In this document: in pieces, positions 1-9,234 of the stretch
How the letters are laid out: the number at the start of each line of letters is the position of its first letter
How positions within the stretch are numbered: the stretch's first letter is position 1
Virus record (IMG/VR): IMGVR_UViG_3300007094_000034
Span: 1 to 26,561 of that record
Length of the DNA stretch: 26,561 nt
Direction: 5' to 3' (one strand)
From: a virus
Taxonomy: Duplodnaviria; Caudoviricetes
Notes under the pieces: model-generated
The model's database searches: none
Seen by the model: only the letters and a program-made list of their open reading frames with translations
What the model was told of the DNA's origin: nothing
Translations under genes and position numbers: made by a program

Positions 1-5
1 TCAAC

Positions 6-791
6 ATGTATAAAAATTACAACGAGCCTGGCGGAGAAATAAAACGTACATGGCTATTTAATTTACAAAGATTTATAATAACAGAAAACGGCAAACAAAT
101 AGCTACAGTGTTCGTGCATGATCCGCACAAGTTAAGAGAAAATAAGAGTATATATGAACCGAGAGCGGACTGTAAGTACTGTACAACTATAGAGTTAAAA
201 CCGTTCATGCAAGAATTAAAGACCGGTAAGCTTATGATCTTTTCAATCATTATTGAAGATAACGGTGTAATACGTATAAAAGATGGTTTATTTGAAACTA
301 TGCTGTCTTTGGTTAATTCAACCCCAAGTTACTACACGATCTTTAGAGACGTTTTTGAGCGAGCTAAGTCTTTATTTTATTATTTAAAAAGCGGAAGTTC
401 ATCTCATGAACCGACCCACAAGAAACATAAGTCGAGAGCTTTAGAAGAGTATCTTTGTTCTTATGAGCTTTGGGATAGTTGGTTGATAAGAACAATAACG
501 GGGTTACCGTTTAATGAAGTTATTACAGAAAGCTCGTATAACGAGACGTGTAAGATTTTAGACAAGTTTAAGATAAAAGACATATCTGAGACTGATTTAT
601 TAATTCAAGAAGTGTTTACGGAGTGCTACGGTTCATTATATGAATGTGATGAGTTCTTGGTTAATATAAACAAAAACAAGAACAAGATTACAGACAGTAC
701 GAAGTTTGAAGCATTTGATAAGAACGTGCAGCAAGCATTCTTAGCACGTACAGAATATGATAGAAAACTTTATAATAAGTATGTGCAGTAA
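6..791 (+). CDS. hypothetical protein (261 aa)
   Basis: Long ORF; its stop overlaps the next ATG (TAATG at 789-793); no motif recognised. Confidence 0.75.
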   Translation: MYKNYNEPGGEIKRTWLFNLQRFIITENGKQIATVFVHDPHKLRENKSIYEPRADCKYCTTIELKPFMQELKTGKLMIFSIIIEDNGVIRIKDGLFETMLSLVNSTPSYYTIFRDVFERAKSLFYYLKSGSSSHEPTHKKHKSRALEEYLCSYELWDSWLIRTITGLPFNEVITESSYNETCKILDKFKIKDISETDLLIQEVFTECYGSLYECDEFLVNINKNKNKITDSTKFEAFDKNVQQAFLARTEYDRKLYNKYVQ

Positions 792-961
792 TGTCTATGA
801 ATGACGAGCAATTAAAAGATAAAAAAATTAAAGAGCTAGAAGAAGAAAATTTAGAGTTAAAAAATAAACTTTTAATAGCAGAAGTAGATATACAAAATTT
901 CGAAAAACATATTACTTTTTTATATAGCCAAATTTCTAAATATAACGGAGACTACCAATGA
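791..961 (+). CDS. small coiled-coil hypothetical protein (56 aa, MSMNDEQLKDKKIKELEEENLELK...)
   Basis: Translated manually; coupled to the upstream ORF by a TAATG overlap; heptad-like E/K/L pattern. Confidence 0.6.
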   Translation: MSMNDEQLKDKKIKELEEENLELKNKLLIAEVDIQNFEKHITFLYSQISKYNGDYQ

Positions 962-1095
962 AAGTGAATATTATGTACGATAAAAAAGAAACAAGCTCAA
1001 CAAACTTTTATCGAAAGAACATATTGGGATAATAAATTACACGACCACTTTAGATAAATTATGGCACACAAAGTATAACAATTTTTAAAATATAA

Positions 1096-1689
1096 ATGAA
1101 AACTATAAACGAAATATACGAAGAAAACAAAAATAGACCTTCTGATATTAACGAACATTTAGAAAGTTTGTATCAATTAGCTTTAGAATGTCAAACAATT
1201 GCGGAATTTGGAGTAAGACGTGTAGTTAGCACATATGCTTTTGCAAAAGCTCGCCCTAAAAAATTAATTTGTGTTGATATTGTAAAAGATGAGGGTGTTG
1301 ATGAGTTTTTATATCAATGCAAAAACGAAAATATTTCAGCAGAGTTTTATCTACACGATTCTAGAACTCTAGAATTCGAAGACGTGGATTTGATTTTTAT
1401 TGATACGTTGCATAATTATTTGCAATTAAAACAAGAGCTAGCTCATTTAGGAAATAAAGCTAAAAAATATTTAGCGTTCCATGATACAGTCACCTTTGGT
1501 TACAAAGATGAATTTCCAGAACCCCATGTCCAGTCTCATATGGGATTGATTCCAGCAATTGAAGAGTTCTTAGAACAAAATCCCCATTGGAAAAAAAAAT
1601 ATGTTAAAACAAACTGCAATGGATTAACTGTTTTGGAGAGATCAGTTGTTGACATAAAATACCCCAGTCAGACGTTGATCGCAAACTAG
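1096..1689 (+). CDS. class I SAM-dependent methyltransferase (Methyltransf_24-like)
   Basis: SDINEHL, AEFGVRRVVST, DLIFIDTLHNY, AFHDT and NCNGLTVL motifs typical of phage glycan-cluster methyltransferases. Confidence 0.8.
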   Translation: MKTINEIYEENKNRPSDINEHLESLYQLALECQTIAEFGVRRVVSTYAFAKARPKKLICVDIVKDEGVDEFLYQCKNENISAEFYLHDSRTLEFEDVDLIFIDTLHNYLQLKQELAHLGNKAKKYLAFHDTVTFGYKDEFPEPHVQSHMGLIPAIEEFLEQNPHWKKKYVKTNCNGLTVLERSVVDIKYPSQTLIAN

Positions 1690-1820
1690 GATTTCAACAT
1701 ATGATGACTTTGGAACAAATGAACCAAGAAATAGAAAAATATCAAACCAAATCTCAAGATCTTTCTACGATCATTAAAATTAACGAAACCCCTTTAATTA
1801 GTTTTTTGTAAGTAAGTATT

Positions 1821-3254
1821 ATGATGAAAGTTACTACAATTATTTTTACCTATGGGAAAGCAGAAGAAGTTGTAAAAAGACATCTACCTATTTGGAAGGA
1901 ATACACAGATGAGCTTATGATTGTGTCGCCAACAAATAACCCGTGCATAATCGAAAATATAGACTGTTTAACTCATTCCGAAAGCCAAAAATTGGGGCAT
2001 TATTCTTTATCCAGACAGTTGTTTGCAATGAAAGCGGCTTTGGGGTATAATTCTGATTTTTATGTGTTTTTGGAGTACGATGCTTTAATGTTAAAAAGGC
2101 CAGAACCAAGACCAATAATACAAGGCAATCTTTTTAATGAAAGAGTTTTTTTTGAACGACAAGAAGAATGGATGCAAAAGGGACATTGTTTTCTTCATTT
2201 TCCATGGATATTTCCAGCAGACAAATTAAAAGAATTTGTTGATAGAGTTGAGCTAGATTCAAACGATGAGTCTGTTCAAGATAAATGGTTAATACAAAAG
2301 CTTATGGATTTAAACATGGAAGTTCATAATTTATTTTGCTCGGATTACACCGCGCCTGGTGTCTCTATAGAAGGTTATTCTCAGAACTCTCTTGATACCC
2401 CGGAGCGGGTTTCTTATGCGCTAAACTGTGTAAAGCGTGGCGCGTATGCTTTACACGGGATAAAAACAGAAAAAGTGTTTAATGAAATTATTAGAGCTAG
2501 AAACATATATATTTCAAAACCTATTAAAATATTTACCTATTACGATAATATAAATTTTCAAAAACAAGACGAGTTGATAGAGTTGTGGAAAGAAAGCTGG
2601 GAAAGAAAAGGTTTTGATGTTACGGTCTTAACCCCAGCACATGCACTTAAAAGTTCTTTTTATAATGAATTTGTGAACGGTATTAAATATATACATATTG
2701 CTATTACAGGTAAAGAAATAAGTAAATACGGTCTCTCATGCTATTTACGATGGTTAGCGTATTCAACCCAAAATGTAGCTGAGTCGTTTTTTGCTTCAGA
2801 TTACGATGTAATAAATAAAGACTTTACCCCGCAAGACGTTACTTCCTTAAATTATGATCGCTTATCGTTTTTAGATGGAAACTGCCCATGTCTTGCATAT
2901 GGTACAACAGAACAATATTTAATGTTTTGTAAAGATATAGTTAATATTTCTTTAACAAATAAAGAAACACTCAAACTTAATTATAAAGACGTTCAGCATG
3001 GTTGCTATCACGATCAAGAGTATTTATCTTTAAATTCAGAGCGTGAAAAGTATAATATTTGTAGAGATCTTCACAAATATGTTACTCTCTACATAAAGGA
3101 AGATGTTTCTTCGCATAATGCTAAAACTCTACATGTGGCTCACCGCTCTATACGTGAGTCTAAAGATAAGTTTTTTAACTTAAAGGATATCGATACAGAT
3201 GTCTTGAGAGTACAATTCGTAAAAGAAATCTTAACAGAATCAAAAGAGTTATAG
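1821..3254 (+). CDS. putative two-domain glycosyltransferase-like protein
   Basis: First half has FLEYDA and HGIK; second half has LWKESW..GF, CYLRWLA, SDYDVIN (DxD) and HDQ. Located between a methyltransferase and rmlC. Confidence 0.55.
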   Translation: MMKVTTIIFTYGKAEEVVKRHLPIWKEYTDELMIVSPTNNPCIIENIDCLTHSESQKLGHYSLSRQLFAMKAALGYNSDFYVFLEYDALMLKRPEPRPIIQGNLFNERVFFERQEEWMQKGHCFLHFPWIFPADKLKEFVDRVELDSNDESVQDKWLIQKLMDLNMEVHNLFCSDYTAPGVSIEGYSQNSLDTPERVSYALNCVKRGAYALHGIKTEKVFNEIIRARNIYISKPIKIFTYYDNINFQKQDELIELWKESWERKGFDVTVLTPAHALKSSFYNEFVNGIKYIHIAITGKEISKYGLSCYLRWLAYSTQNVAESFFASDYDVINKDFTPQDVTSLNYDRLSFLDGNCPCLAYGTTEQYLMFCKDIVNISLTNKETLKLNYKDVQHGCYHDQEYLSLNSEREKYNICRDLHKYVTLYIKEDVSSHNAKTLHVAHRSIRESKDKFFNLKDIDTDVLRVQFVKEILTESKEL

Positions 3255-3809
3255 CGGGTATTCATACTTGTCGCATTCGCTAAACAATTTACCTTTTTGA
3301 TCTTTCTCAGAAACAGTTGGTTGTATATTTTCTGGTAAAGGCCAAGGTATCTTTAAAGTAGGGTCATTCCAAATTAAAGTTCTATCTGACTTAGGTTCGT
3401 AGTAGTTTGTACATTTATATTGAAAATCTGCTGTATCACTAATCACTACAAACCCATGCGCACATCCAGGTGGTACCCATAGTCTGCAATGATTTTCATT
3501 ACTCAAATAATAACCGTCCCAATTACCGTAAGTAGGCGAAGAGACTCTAAGGTCTACAAATACATCAAACACCGTTCCAGATGTAACCCATACGAGTTTG
3601 CCCTGCGCTGCATCTCCTACCTGATAATGTAAACCTCTTAATGTATATTTCGATGATTTACTATGATTGTCTTGTACAAAGTCAAAGTTAAGATTAAATT
3701 CCTCATACGTTTTTTTGTTCCAGGTTTCAAGAAAGAAACCTCTTTGATCCTCAAACACCTTTGGTTTTATCAAAAAAGCACCATCTATAGCTGTAGGTAT
3801 TAATAACAT
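3249..3809 (-). CDS. rmlC: dTDP-4-dehydrorhamnose 3,5-epimerase
   Basis: DQRGFFLETW, QDNHSKS, TLRGLHYQ, QGKLV, DVFVDLR, PPGCAHGF, YKCTNYY, WNDP and SEKD motifs. Confidence 0.95.
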   Translation of the reverse strand: MLLIPTAIDGAFLIKPKVFEDQRGFFLETWNKKTYEEFNLNFDFVQDNHSKSSKYTLRGLHYQVGDAAQGKLVWVTSGTVFDVFVDLRVSSPTYGNWDGYYLSNENHCRLWVPPGCAHGFVVISDTADFQYKCTNYYEPKSDRTLIWNDPTLKIPWPLPENIQPTVSEKDQKGKLFSECDKYEYPL

Positions 3810-3812
3810 AGC

Positions 3813-4469
3813 TTATTTTAATTTTAAAGCTTCAGATATTACAGGAAAATGCTCTATGAATATATTTTGAATCTCTAAAGCTATTTGTCTATGTTCTTTT
3901 TGAGTATCTTCTTTAGTTCTAATATCTAAATAATGTACCCAAGAGCGTATAGTACCAGACATAAAAAGCGTTGTTGATGTTGTTAGAGGTAACACCATTC
4001 TAGCGCACTCTTTTGCTAGTCCTTTGTTTATAAGCTTATTGTAAAGCTCTTTACATGTAGCTAATGTAGTATCTACTTCATCTTTTAATTCTGGAGATAG
4101 ATCTACAATTTCATCTCCTACCTGACGGTTTGTTTTACCTTGCAATCTCCATTCAATATCTTCAAAAGATGTAGATTGTGAGTAGCGCTGAGAGAACTCT
4201 TGAAAGCTAAAACTACGATGTCTTAGTATTTGAGCTGCTATAGCTCGAGACGTTTTTATCTCAACGCACATTGTAATCATTTCTAAAGGAGACCAATGTT
4301 TGTGTTCAATAAGATAACGTAAAAGCTTTGATGAAGATTCAAGATTTAACTGATTATTTGGATTAGACACGCGCGCACAATACACAATACATTCTTCAGG
4401 TGTGAGGTTGCGTTCGTTATCTTTAGTGCGTATGAAAGGTTGAGATAGTGATATAAGGCTAGTTGACAT
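3813..4469 (-). CDS. thyX: FAD-dependent thymidylate synthase
   Basis: ARVSNP, HWSPLE, ThyX signature RHRSFSFQEFSQRY, AKECARMVLP, RSWVHY and TQKEHR. Confidence 0.96.
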   Translation of the reverse strand: MSTSLISLSQPFIRTKDNERNLTPEECIVYCARVSNPNNQLNLESSSKLLRYLIEHKHWSPLEMITMCVEIKTSRAIAAQILRHRSFSFQEFSQRYSQSTSFEDIEWRLQGKTNRQVGDEIVDLSPELKDEVDTTLATCKELYNKLINKGLAKECARMVLPLTTSTTLFMSGTIRSWVHYLDIRTKEDTQKEHRQIALEIQNIFIEHFPVISEALKLK

Positions 4470-4558
4470 AATTACGTTTAATATAATAGTGTGTTATATT
4501 ATCTTTTCCATTTTTTTCTTGTAGTATGAAGAAAGTATTATAAACTAGTATCTCTTTT

Positions 4559-4696
4559 ATGTTACGTTTAATTTTTACATCTTATTTTGGTGCAGTGGGT
4601 GTTATGTCTTTTTTTATTGTAAAATCAGCGCTAGTTGGTGTACTGGTTATTACATTATGTTTACTAGCTATGTACGCTATAAATTATAAGCAGTAG
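4559..4696 (+). CDS. small membrane protein (45 aa)
   Basis: Manual translation MLRLIFTSYFGAVGVMSFFIVKSALVGVLVITLCLLAMYAINYKQ; almost entirely hydrophobic. Confidence 0.5.
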   Translation: MLRLIFTSYFGAVGVMSFFIVKSALVGVLVITLCLLAMYAINYKQ

Positions 4697-4723
4697 GAAC
4701 TTCGAAGTTACATAAATATGTGC

Positions 4724-4885
4724 ATGATAAAAATGTTCCGAGTAATCGTTGAAAACATAGATCTTGATGAAGACCCGAGAGTATACGTTGTCGGAGAAAA
4801 GCAAAAAGATTTCCTCGTTAAAGCATTAGCAAAATACAAAGTAACTGTTGAAGAATTTTTTGTTGATGATGAAACAGAATTATAA
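4724..4885 (+). CDS. small acidic hypothetical protein (53 aa, MIKMFRVIVENIDLDEDPR...)
   Basis: Manual translation; preceded by TAAATA at 4713-4718. Confidence 0.6.
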   Translation: MIKMFRVIVENIDLDEDPRVYVVGEKQKDFLVKALAKYKVTVEEFFVDDETEL

Positions 4886-4912
4886 CAAACTACATTAAAT
4901 ATAGTTCATATA

Positions 4913-5458
4913 ATGGTGTACCGCGAACAATATCTTCTCGAGCAAGCTTATGTACGCACTTCGTTGCGAGAAGGTATCACAGAGTCAAATATACATGAGC
5001 TTATAAACAAATTCATCAAAGAAGTTTTATCGCAATATGATTATAAAACTGCTGGTCAAGGACATTTAAATTGCGCGTGGGCCACCCAAACATTTTGCAA
5101 TTTTTGTAAACGAAACGGAATTCCTTGCAAAGCTATCTACTTTGTTTGGCCTGCAAAAGAAGTAGTAAGCGTACTTAAAGCTAAAAAGATTTTACCTTCA
5201 TATTATGAAGATGAGGGTATGTCTCATATAGCACCGGTTGTAGGTAATACAATAGTCGATTTTACAATTGGTCAGTTTTACCCGCAAGAAAAAATTAAAC
5301 TTACCCCGCTTAATAAATGGCAAAATGTATACGGTAAGTTTGGTTACGGAACTAATTTCTGGAGAGGTAAAACTCACTTTCTCGACACATACGAGAACTT
5401 AATTATGACACCAGGGCTGCAAATCAATCCGATTTCCCCGCCTAAAAAACACTCTTAA
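4913..5458 (+). CDS. putative papain/transglutaminase-like (Cys-His-Asp) protein, probable late/virion protein
   Basis: LNCAWAT...SHIAPVVGNTIVDFTIGQF has the C...H...D order of transglutaminase-like triads; TAAATA at 4896-4901; N-terminal LLEQAY. Confidence 0.5.
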   Translation: MVYREQYLLEQAYVRTSLREGITESNIHELINKFIKEVLSQYDYKTAGQGHLNCAWATQTFCNFCKRNGIPCKAIYFVWPAKEVVSVLKAKKILPSYYEDEGMSHIAPVVGNTIVDFTIGQFYPQEKIKLTPLNKWQNVYGKFGYGTNFWRGKTHFLDTYENLIMTPGLQINPISPPKKHS

Positions 5459-5823
5459 ACAGGTAGCGTTTAAAGATATTTTTTTACCAAAAACATTCTT
5501 TTTGGTTTTATTTTTTTATTTATTTTTTTCTTTTTTAGTAAAGACACTTCTATTCCTAGTAGTCATTTTACTAAAATATGTGTAAACTGTTGTGTTATAT
5601 AGTGTTACGCATATTTTTATAAACACTGAGAAACTCTTATTTATTCTCTTTTTTTAGGAAATTTCAAAAAAAATATTAGTTTTTTACGTGTTTTTTCGAA
5701 AAAAAACTTAAAATATCACGGTATTTCTATAGTTTCGTCGCAGTAACAGATTAATAAGTTCTAGCTATAAACAATTATAAAAGTAAAGAATTCAGTAATT
5801 CTGTTTTATTTCCTCTCTGCGAA

Positions 5824-6306
5824 TTAACTCTTTACATTAAAGAGATTGCATAGAAATTCTATATTATTTTTAGGTGCTTGAACTTGAGAAGTTTCTGCTT
5901 GTTCATAGCTATTTCCGTACTCTCCGTACGGGTCAGCAATATCAAAATTGTCTTGGAGATTAGCTTGACTTCCTATATTAGTAATATCTAATTCGTTAGC
6001 TTTACCTATAATGATATCTAAAAGTTGCTTCATAAACGGGTTCCGATCAACCTCTATCACAAACTGCTGTATATCGTTTTTTGTAAGCTTACCACTGAGT
6101 TCTAGGAAGGGGTTCTCATATCCCCCGAAGACAAAATGTGGTAAGTAGTGTAAGGTTATATTAGCACAATCCCGTATTACATGGTAAGCAGACTTGTTAT
6201 TTATAGTGATACCGGTCTCTGGATTTTTAGCAGCTCTCTTTGCAGCGTTGTAAATTTTAGCTTCTTTTAATTTGCTATTCTCTAAAATTACTTCTAAAAA
6301 CCTCAT
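5824..6306 (-). CDS. hypothetical protein (160 aa)
   Basis: ORF coupled to the upstream small gene by an ATGA overlap; N-terminus MRFLEVILEN. Confidence 0.75.
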   Translation of the reverse strand: MRFLEVILENSKLKEAKIYNAAKRAAKNPETGITINNKSAYHVIRDCANITLHYLPHFVFGGYENPFLELSGKLTKNDIQQFVIEVDRNPFMKQLLDIIIGKANELDITNIGSQANLQDNFDIADPYGEYGNSYEQAETSQVQAPKNNIEFLCNLFNVKS

Positions 6307-6446
6307 AGGATTCTATAGCCAGCCCAGATAGCAACAATCATTAATACCCCTGTGAGATGTATTGGAGCGGGTAATGGTATGTTAAAATACCTACAACTAA
6401 GACCAATACAAAAACAAATGCAAATCGAAATGATTTCCTTACTCAT
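6303..6446 (-). CDS. XapX/DUF1427-like small membrane protein (47 aa)
   Basis: Manual translation MSKEIISICICFCIGLSCRYFNIPLPAPIHLTGVLMIVAIWAGYRIL: two hydrophobic segments joined by IPLPAP and ending in GY. ATGA overlaps on both sides. Confidence 0.7.
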   Translation of the reverse strand: MSKEIISICICFCIGLSCRYFNIPLPAPIHLTGVLMIVAIWAGYRIL

Positions 6447-6688
6447 AAATTAAGATAGCGCTCAAACTCGTTTGCAGCTTTTATTAAGGTTTTAGTGCCT
6501 TGCTTAAGTCTGTTATTTTCTTGCTGTAAATCATAGGTACGTTGTATTAAAAAATTTATAGCGGTTTTTGCATCTGAACATATAGCACCATATTCAATTT
6601 TATATTCTCTAAAACCTTCTCTCATACGAGCAACAGCATCTGTTGGTATATTATCAAGTTGTTCTAATAGAGTGTCTAGCTTATTCAT
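6443..6688 (-). CDS. hypothetical coiled-coil protein (81 aa)
   Basis: ORF with a sigma70-like TTGAAA-N15-TATAAT; the -10 box is 8 nt upstream of the ATG. Confidence 0.7.
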   Translation of the reverse strand: MNKLDTLLEQLDNIPTDAVARMREGFREYKIEYGAICSDAKTAINFLIQRTYDLQQENNRLKQGTKTLIKAANEFERYLNL

Positions 6689-6744
6689 GTACAGGTATTA
6701 TATAAAAGATTATATATTTTCAACGTGTATTAATAAATAAATTT

Positions 6745-7110
6745 ATGAATAATTTTACAGCGTTAGTAGAATCTTATCTCAAAGGTGATAAAAAAGATCC
6801 AGAAGATTTACCCACATTTATTGAGAAACGTACTGCTGGAGCTGATAAAATCTATAAAATGGCTGAAAAGAAAGGTCAATACTCGACATTAACAGCTATA
6901 CATTTTAAAGCTAAAGCGATACCTTATAAGGTTTGTAGTAAACATGTTAACGATGAAGATTCAAAAGCTGTTAAAGTTAAAGCTGATGAATGTTTTGAAC
7001 GTTTAAAAAAATGGCATGAAATGTCTCAAAGAGACTTTCAACATGTTATGGGGCAACTAGAAGCGTATGGGGAAGTTTATATACGTTCTGTAGAATGTAA
7101 AGGGAAATAA
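6745..7110 (+). CDS. hypothetical late protein (121 aa)
   Basis: TAAATA at 6734-6739; N-terminus MNNFTALVESYL. Confidence 0.8.
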   Translation: MNNFTALVESYLKGDKKDPEDLPTFIEKRTAGADKIYKMAEKKGQYSTLTAIHFKAKAIPYKVCSKHVNDEDSKAVKVKADECFERLKKWHEMSQRDFQHVMGQLEAYGEVYIRSVECKGK

Positions 7111-7137
7111 AGCGAAGTTGAATAAATATAATATAAT

Positions 7138-7731
7138 ATGAATAAAGACATGCAGTTCTTGCAAGAAGCTTACACAGCTATTTTTGAAAAGAAATCTAAA
7201 GGCTGGACACCACCTTGGTTAAAAGATAAGAAAGATGAAAAAGGTGATGATAAAAAGAAAGCTAAGAAGCATGGTAAAAATAAAAAGCCTGATAAAGATG
7301 GTGACGGTATACCAGATTGGGCAGATGATGAAGACGATAGCAATAAAAAAAAGCATGACAGTAAAAAGAAAAAAGGTAAGTCTTTAGAAGAAGCTTACGC
7401 TGAAATCGTTGAGGAATCAAAGCATATTAATAAAAAGTTTGCTAGACGTTATAATAAAGTCACAGGAGAGCTTTTAAAAGCTGATCCAGGCTCAAAGCAT
7501 TACACAAAGCTTAAAGGGGAAAGAGATGAGCTTGTTAAAATTTTAGCTGATCACGGTATGACACCTGCAGACCTTGACAACATGTTAACTAAGACAGAGA
7601 AGGATGAAGTTGCAACAACAGAAGAACCTCACGTTAACAAAGAAGAAGAATCTACTGAAACAAAGTCTGAAGTTTGCACTCAGTGTGGGGACGCACACTC
7701 TAAAGATAAGTGCCCAGAAAATTGCTACTAA
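7138..7731 (+). CDS. Lys/Asp/Glu-rich putative internal head protein (197 aa)
   Basis: TAAATA at 7123-7128; L.EAY occurs twice (FLQEAY, SLEEAY); poly-Lys tracts; Ca-binding-like DKDGDGIPDWAD. Confidence 0.75.
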   Translation: MNKDMQFLQEAYTAIFEKKSKGWTPPWLKDKKDEKGDDKKKAKKHGKNKKPDKDGDGIPDWADDEDDSNKKKHDSKKKKGKSLEEAYAEIVEESKHINKKFARRYNKVTGELLKADPGSKHYTKLKGERDELVKILADHGMTPADLDNMLTKTEKDEVATTEEPHVNKEEESTETKSEVCTQCGDAHSKDKCPENCY

Positions 7732-8578
7732 GCATAGAAATTACTCTCTCGTAGCTTATATTATAAATACGAAGAGTTTTACAGAATGCACCGTTGGGAT
7801 CTAACGAGCAATTAGGGTTTATATCGATTAAAAATATCTGCTCTGTAGAGCTTACTCTTAAATCAAGTCTCATATAAGAAGTGATATTAAAAGCAGTTCT
7901 AACATCTTTAACTATTCTTTCCACGCGTTCCTTGATACAGTCAGTAACGAAAGACATTGTAAGCTCTGAACTACCGTGCCACTTTGCTTTAAAATCTAAA
8001 ATAGTACTATCGTCTTGTTTTCTTTCACTAATGTAATACGTCTCATTAGGTAAACATGCAACAGTGAGTTCTTTACCTTCTATAAAGTGCTCCCAATAAT
8101 AATTTTTAGTTTTAAGTAAGCTAAAAATTTCAGGGTGTAAAAAATTCCTAAAAGTTTTTATTGGGTATAGAGACCCATGACTGAAACGATGTTTTACAAT
8201 GATAGGTGTAAAACAATCTTTATATGAAAATGTAATACCTCGTTTCGGTAAATGTCTTTTTATTTGAAAATAAGCACTCCAATTATATTTGTCATAATGT
8301 AATTTAAAACTTTCAGATGTATTACCTGTAAATAAAATATTACTAGCTTCAAGATATTCTGTAAACCGAATAAATGAATCTGGGTTACCTTCGTCGTTAT
8401 CACACAGATTAAAAACAAAATCACATTTTGGTATTTGTATATTGTTATCTATTATAGCAATTTTAGCTGTAATACCTTTCTTATTTAAAGCTTTACAGAC
8501 ACTCTTACTACTACTCTCTAAACCTCTACGTTCTTCGAGAGTGCCTGCTCCATGTCCTACGCATACACAGCAAACCAT
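7700..8578 (-). CDS. D-Ala-D-Ala ligase-like ATP-grasp protein
   Basis: DFVFNLCD, LEASNILFTG...DK, PIIVK...HGS, EHFIEGKELTV, DFKAKW, MRLDLR and IDINPN align by eye with Ddl motifs. Confidence 0.8.
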   Translation of the reverse strand: MVCCVCVGHGAGTLEERRGLESSSKSVCKALNKKGITAKIAIIDNNIQIPKCDFVFNLCDNDEGNPDSFIRFTEYLEASNILFTGNTSESFKLHYDKYNWSAYFQIKRHLPKRGITFSYKDCFTPIIVKHRFSHGSLYPIKTFRNFLHPEIFSLLKTKNYYWEHFIEGKELTVACLPNETYYISERKQDDSTILDFKAKWHGSSELTMSFVTDCIKERVERIVKDVRTAFNITSYMRLDLRVSSTEQIFLIDINPNCSLDPNGAFCKTLRIYNISYERVISMLSSNFLGTYL

Positions 8579-8653
8579 ATATTATGTATTTATGGGAAAA
8601 ATATGGTTGATTTCCTTATTAGATAGACTAATTTGTCTTTAACGACTATACGT

Positions 8654-8815
8654 ATGAGAATTGTTTTAAAAGACAAATGGGGATTTTGGTTCTTTAAGCG
8701 TTACTCTTTCATACTTGAAAGTGAAGATCAAAGCTTAACAGAGTTGCATGTGAGCGAAGAAGTTTGGAATATGTATGATATTGGCGATCAATATTACTAC
8801 AATAATTTTAAATGA
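8654..8815 (+). CDS. small hypothetical protein (MRIVLKDKWGFWFF...)
   Basis: ATG at 8654 lies within the TTG-started ORF 8633-8815; ATGA overlap with the next gene. Confidence 0.6.
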   Translation: MRIVLKDKWGFWFFKRYSFILESEDQSLTELHVSEEVWNMYDIGDQYYYNNFK

Positions 8816-9033
8816 AAGCTATACTAGAGTTTAATTTACCGGAAGAGCAAGATGAATTTAATTACGCATGCAATGGTTTAAAATATTGCTCTGCATTGAG
8901 TAATATAGATTCCTTTCTTCGTTCAAAAATTAAATATGATGATGCTCTCACTGAAGAGCAATATAAAGTATATGAAGATGTTCGCACAAAACTGTGGGAG
9001 ATCTTAAACGACGACAATATTACAATTTATTAA
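8812..9033 (+). CDS. phage hypothetical protein (MKAILEFNLPEE-type)
   Basis: N-terminus MKAILEFNLPEEQDEF and LRSKIKY resemble a recurrent phage hypothetical family. Confidence 0.8.
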   Translation: MKAILEFNLPEEQDEFNYACNGLKYCSALSNIDSFLRSKIKYDDALTEEQYKVYEDVRTKLWEILNDDNITIY

Positions 9034-9036
9034 TCT

Positions 9037-9198
9037 ATGGACATAACAATTGATAACATAATTGAAGGTATTACTGTGAAGCGTGTCGAGAAGCATGATG
9101 ACAGTATGCTAACCACGAACCCTTATAACGAAAAAGAACCGATCACAATCACGGAAAATATCGAACCTGAGCAGCATTGTGATTGCGGTCATTTTTAA
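9037..9198 (+). CDS. small hypothetical protein (53 aa)
   Basis: Manual translation MDITIDNIIEGITVKRVEK...HCDCGHF; fills the gap after the ORF ending at 9033. Confidence 0.55.
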   Translation: MDITIDNIIEGITVKRVEKHDDSMLTTNPYNEKEPITITENIEPEQHCDCGHF

Positions 9199-9234
9199 TT
9201 TGCTGGTTCCTAAAGCATAGTCTACACTTCTAAT

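Noticed and set aside
1701-1811. Short ORF MMTLEQMNQEIEKY..., possibly a gene remnant or frameshift extension of the methyltransferase
   Set aside because: Only 36 aa, with no recognisable motif or clear slippery site; cannot be supported.
5455-5570. Lys-rich micro-ORFs on the minus strand of the T-tract region
   Set aside because: At most about 25 codons, with composition explained by the homopolymer tracts.
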